From the IMG/VR virus record IMGVR_UViG_3300037336_000053, positions 32,001 to 96,000 of that record: DNA of 64,000 nt, one strand, 5' to 3'. The position numbers were made by a program, and so were the translations under genes. Below the pieces are notes generated by a model. The model searched no databases and was not told where the DNA came from. It was given only the letters and a program-made list of their open reading frames with translations. The stretch's first letter is position 1. Each line of letters opens with the position of its first letter. This stretch comes from a virus. Shown here piece after piece: positions 63,940 through 64,000 of this stretch.

Positions 63940-63968
63940 ATTATATTACAAACTACTTATCTTGTCAA
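63940..63968 (-). promoter_or_regulatory. consensus sigma70 promoter for queD
   Basis: TTGACA(63968-63963)-17-TATAAT(63945-63940). Confidence 0.85.
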
Positions 63969-64000
63969 CCATTACGTTAGAATATTTCCAGGCGTTTGGT

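Noticed and set aside
1-64000. tRNA, rRNA, CRISPR arrays, integrase/transposase, DGR
   Set aside because: No cloverleaf with T/D-loop consensus, spaced direct-repeat array, recombinase or reverse transcriptase was seen by eye; a tRNAscan/Infernal run would be needed to exclude atypical RNAs.

Overview
A 64-kb internal segment of a large, AT-rich tailed dsDNA phage with T4-like/jumbo-phage gene content. Almost all genes lie on the minus strand. Spanins and IscU/IscA/ErpA, FdxA, Fpr and ClpA homologues point to a diderm, probably proteobacterial host. From left to right the window holds: (i) a 7-deazaguanine DNA-modification cluster (queE, folE, a QueD paralogue with the LxxxHRHxF motif, a DpdA/TGT-like transglycosylase) interleaved with a phosphoribosyltransferase, a HIT hydrolase, a cupin, a GT-B glycosyltransferase and a restriction-like nuclease, followed by the sliding clamp and sugar-nucleotide enzymes; (ii) a family-B DNA polymerase fractured at its catalytic YGD|TDS motif by a naturally split intein, with a free-standing Vsr-like endonuclease between the halves; (iii) putative internal head proteins sharing an N-terminal motif and recurring hydrophobic-X-E sites; (iv) clpA-def-dnaJ; (v) Fe-S assembly genes, including an IscU interrupted by a 340-aa intein at a cluster-ligating Cys; (vi) an endolysin/Rz/Rz1 lysis cassette; (vii) phoH and a complete thymidylate/folate cycle plus a DadA-like oxidoreductase; (viii) clamp loader, exonuclease, GroES and a DnaE fragment; (ix) baseplate/tail-fibre genes, one of 2697 aa; (x) uvsE, fpr, a GT-A glycosyltransferase and queD with a structured 5' leader. 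Consensus sigma70 promoters and a TAAATA late-promoter-like motif recur throughout. I saw no tRNA, rRNA or CRISPR array. All family assignments come from motif recognition by eye; no database search was run.
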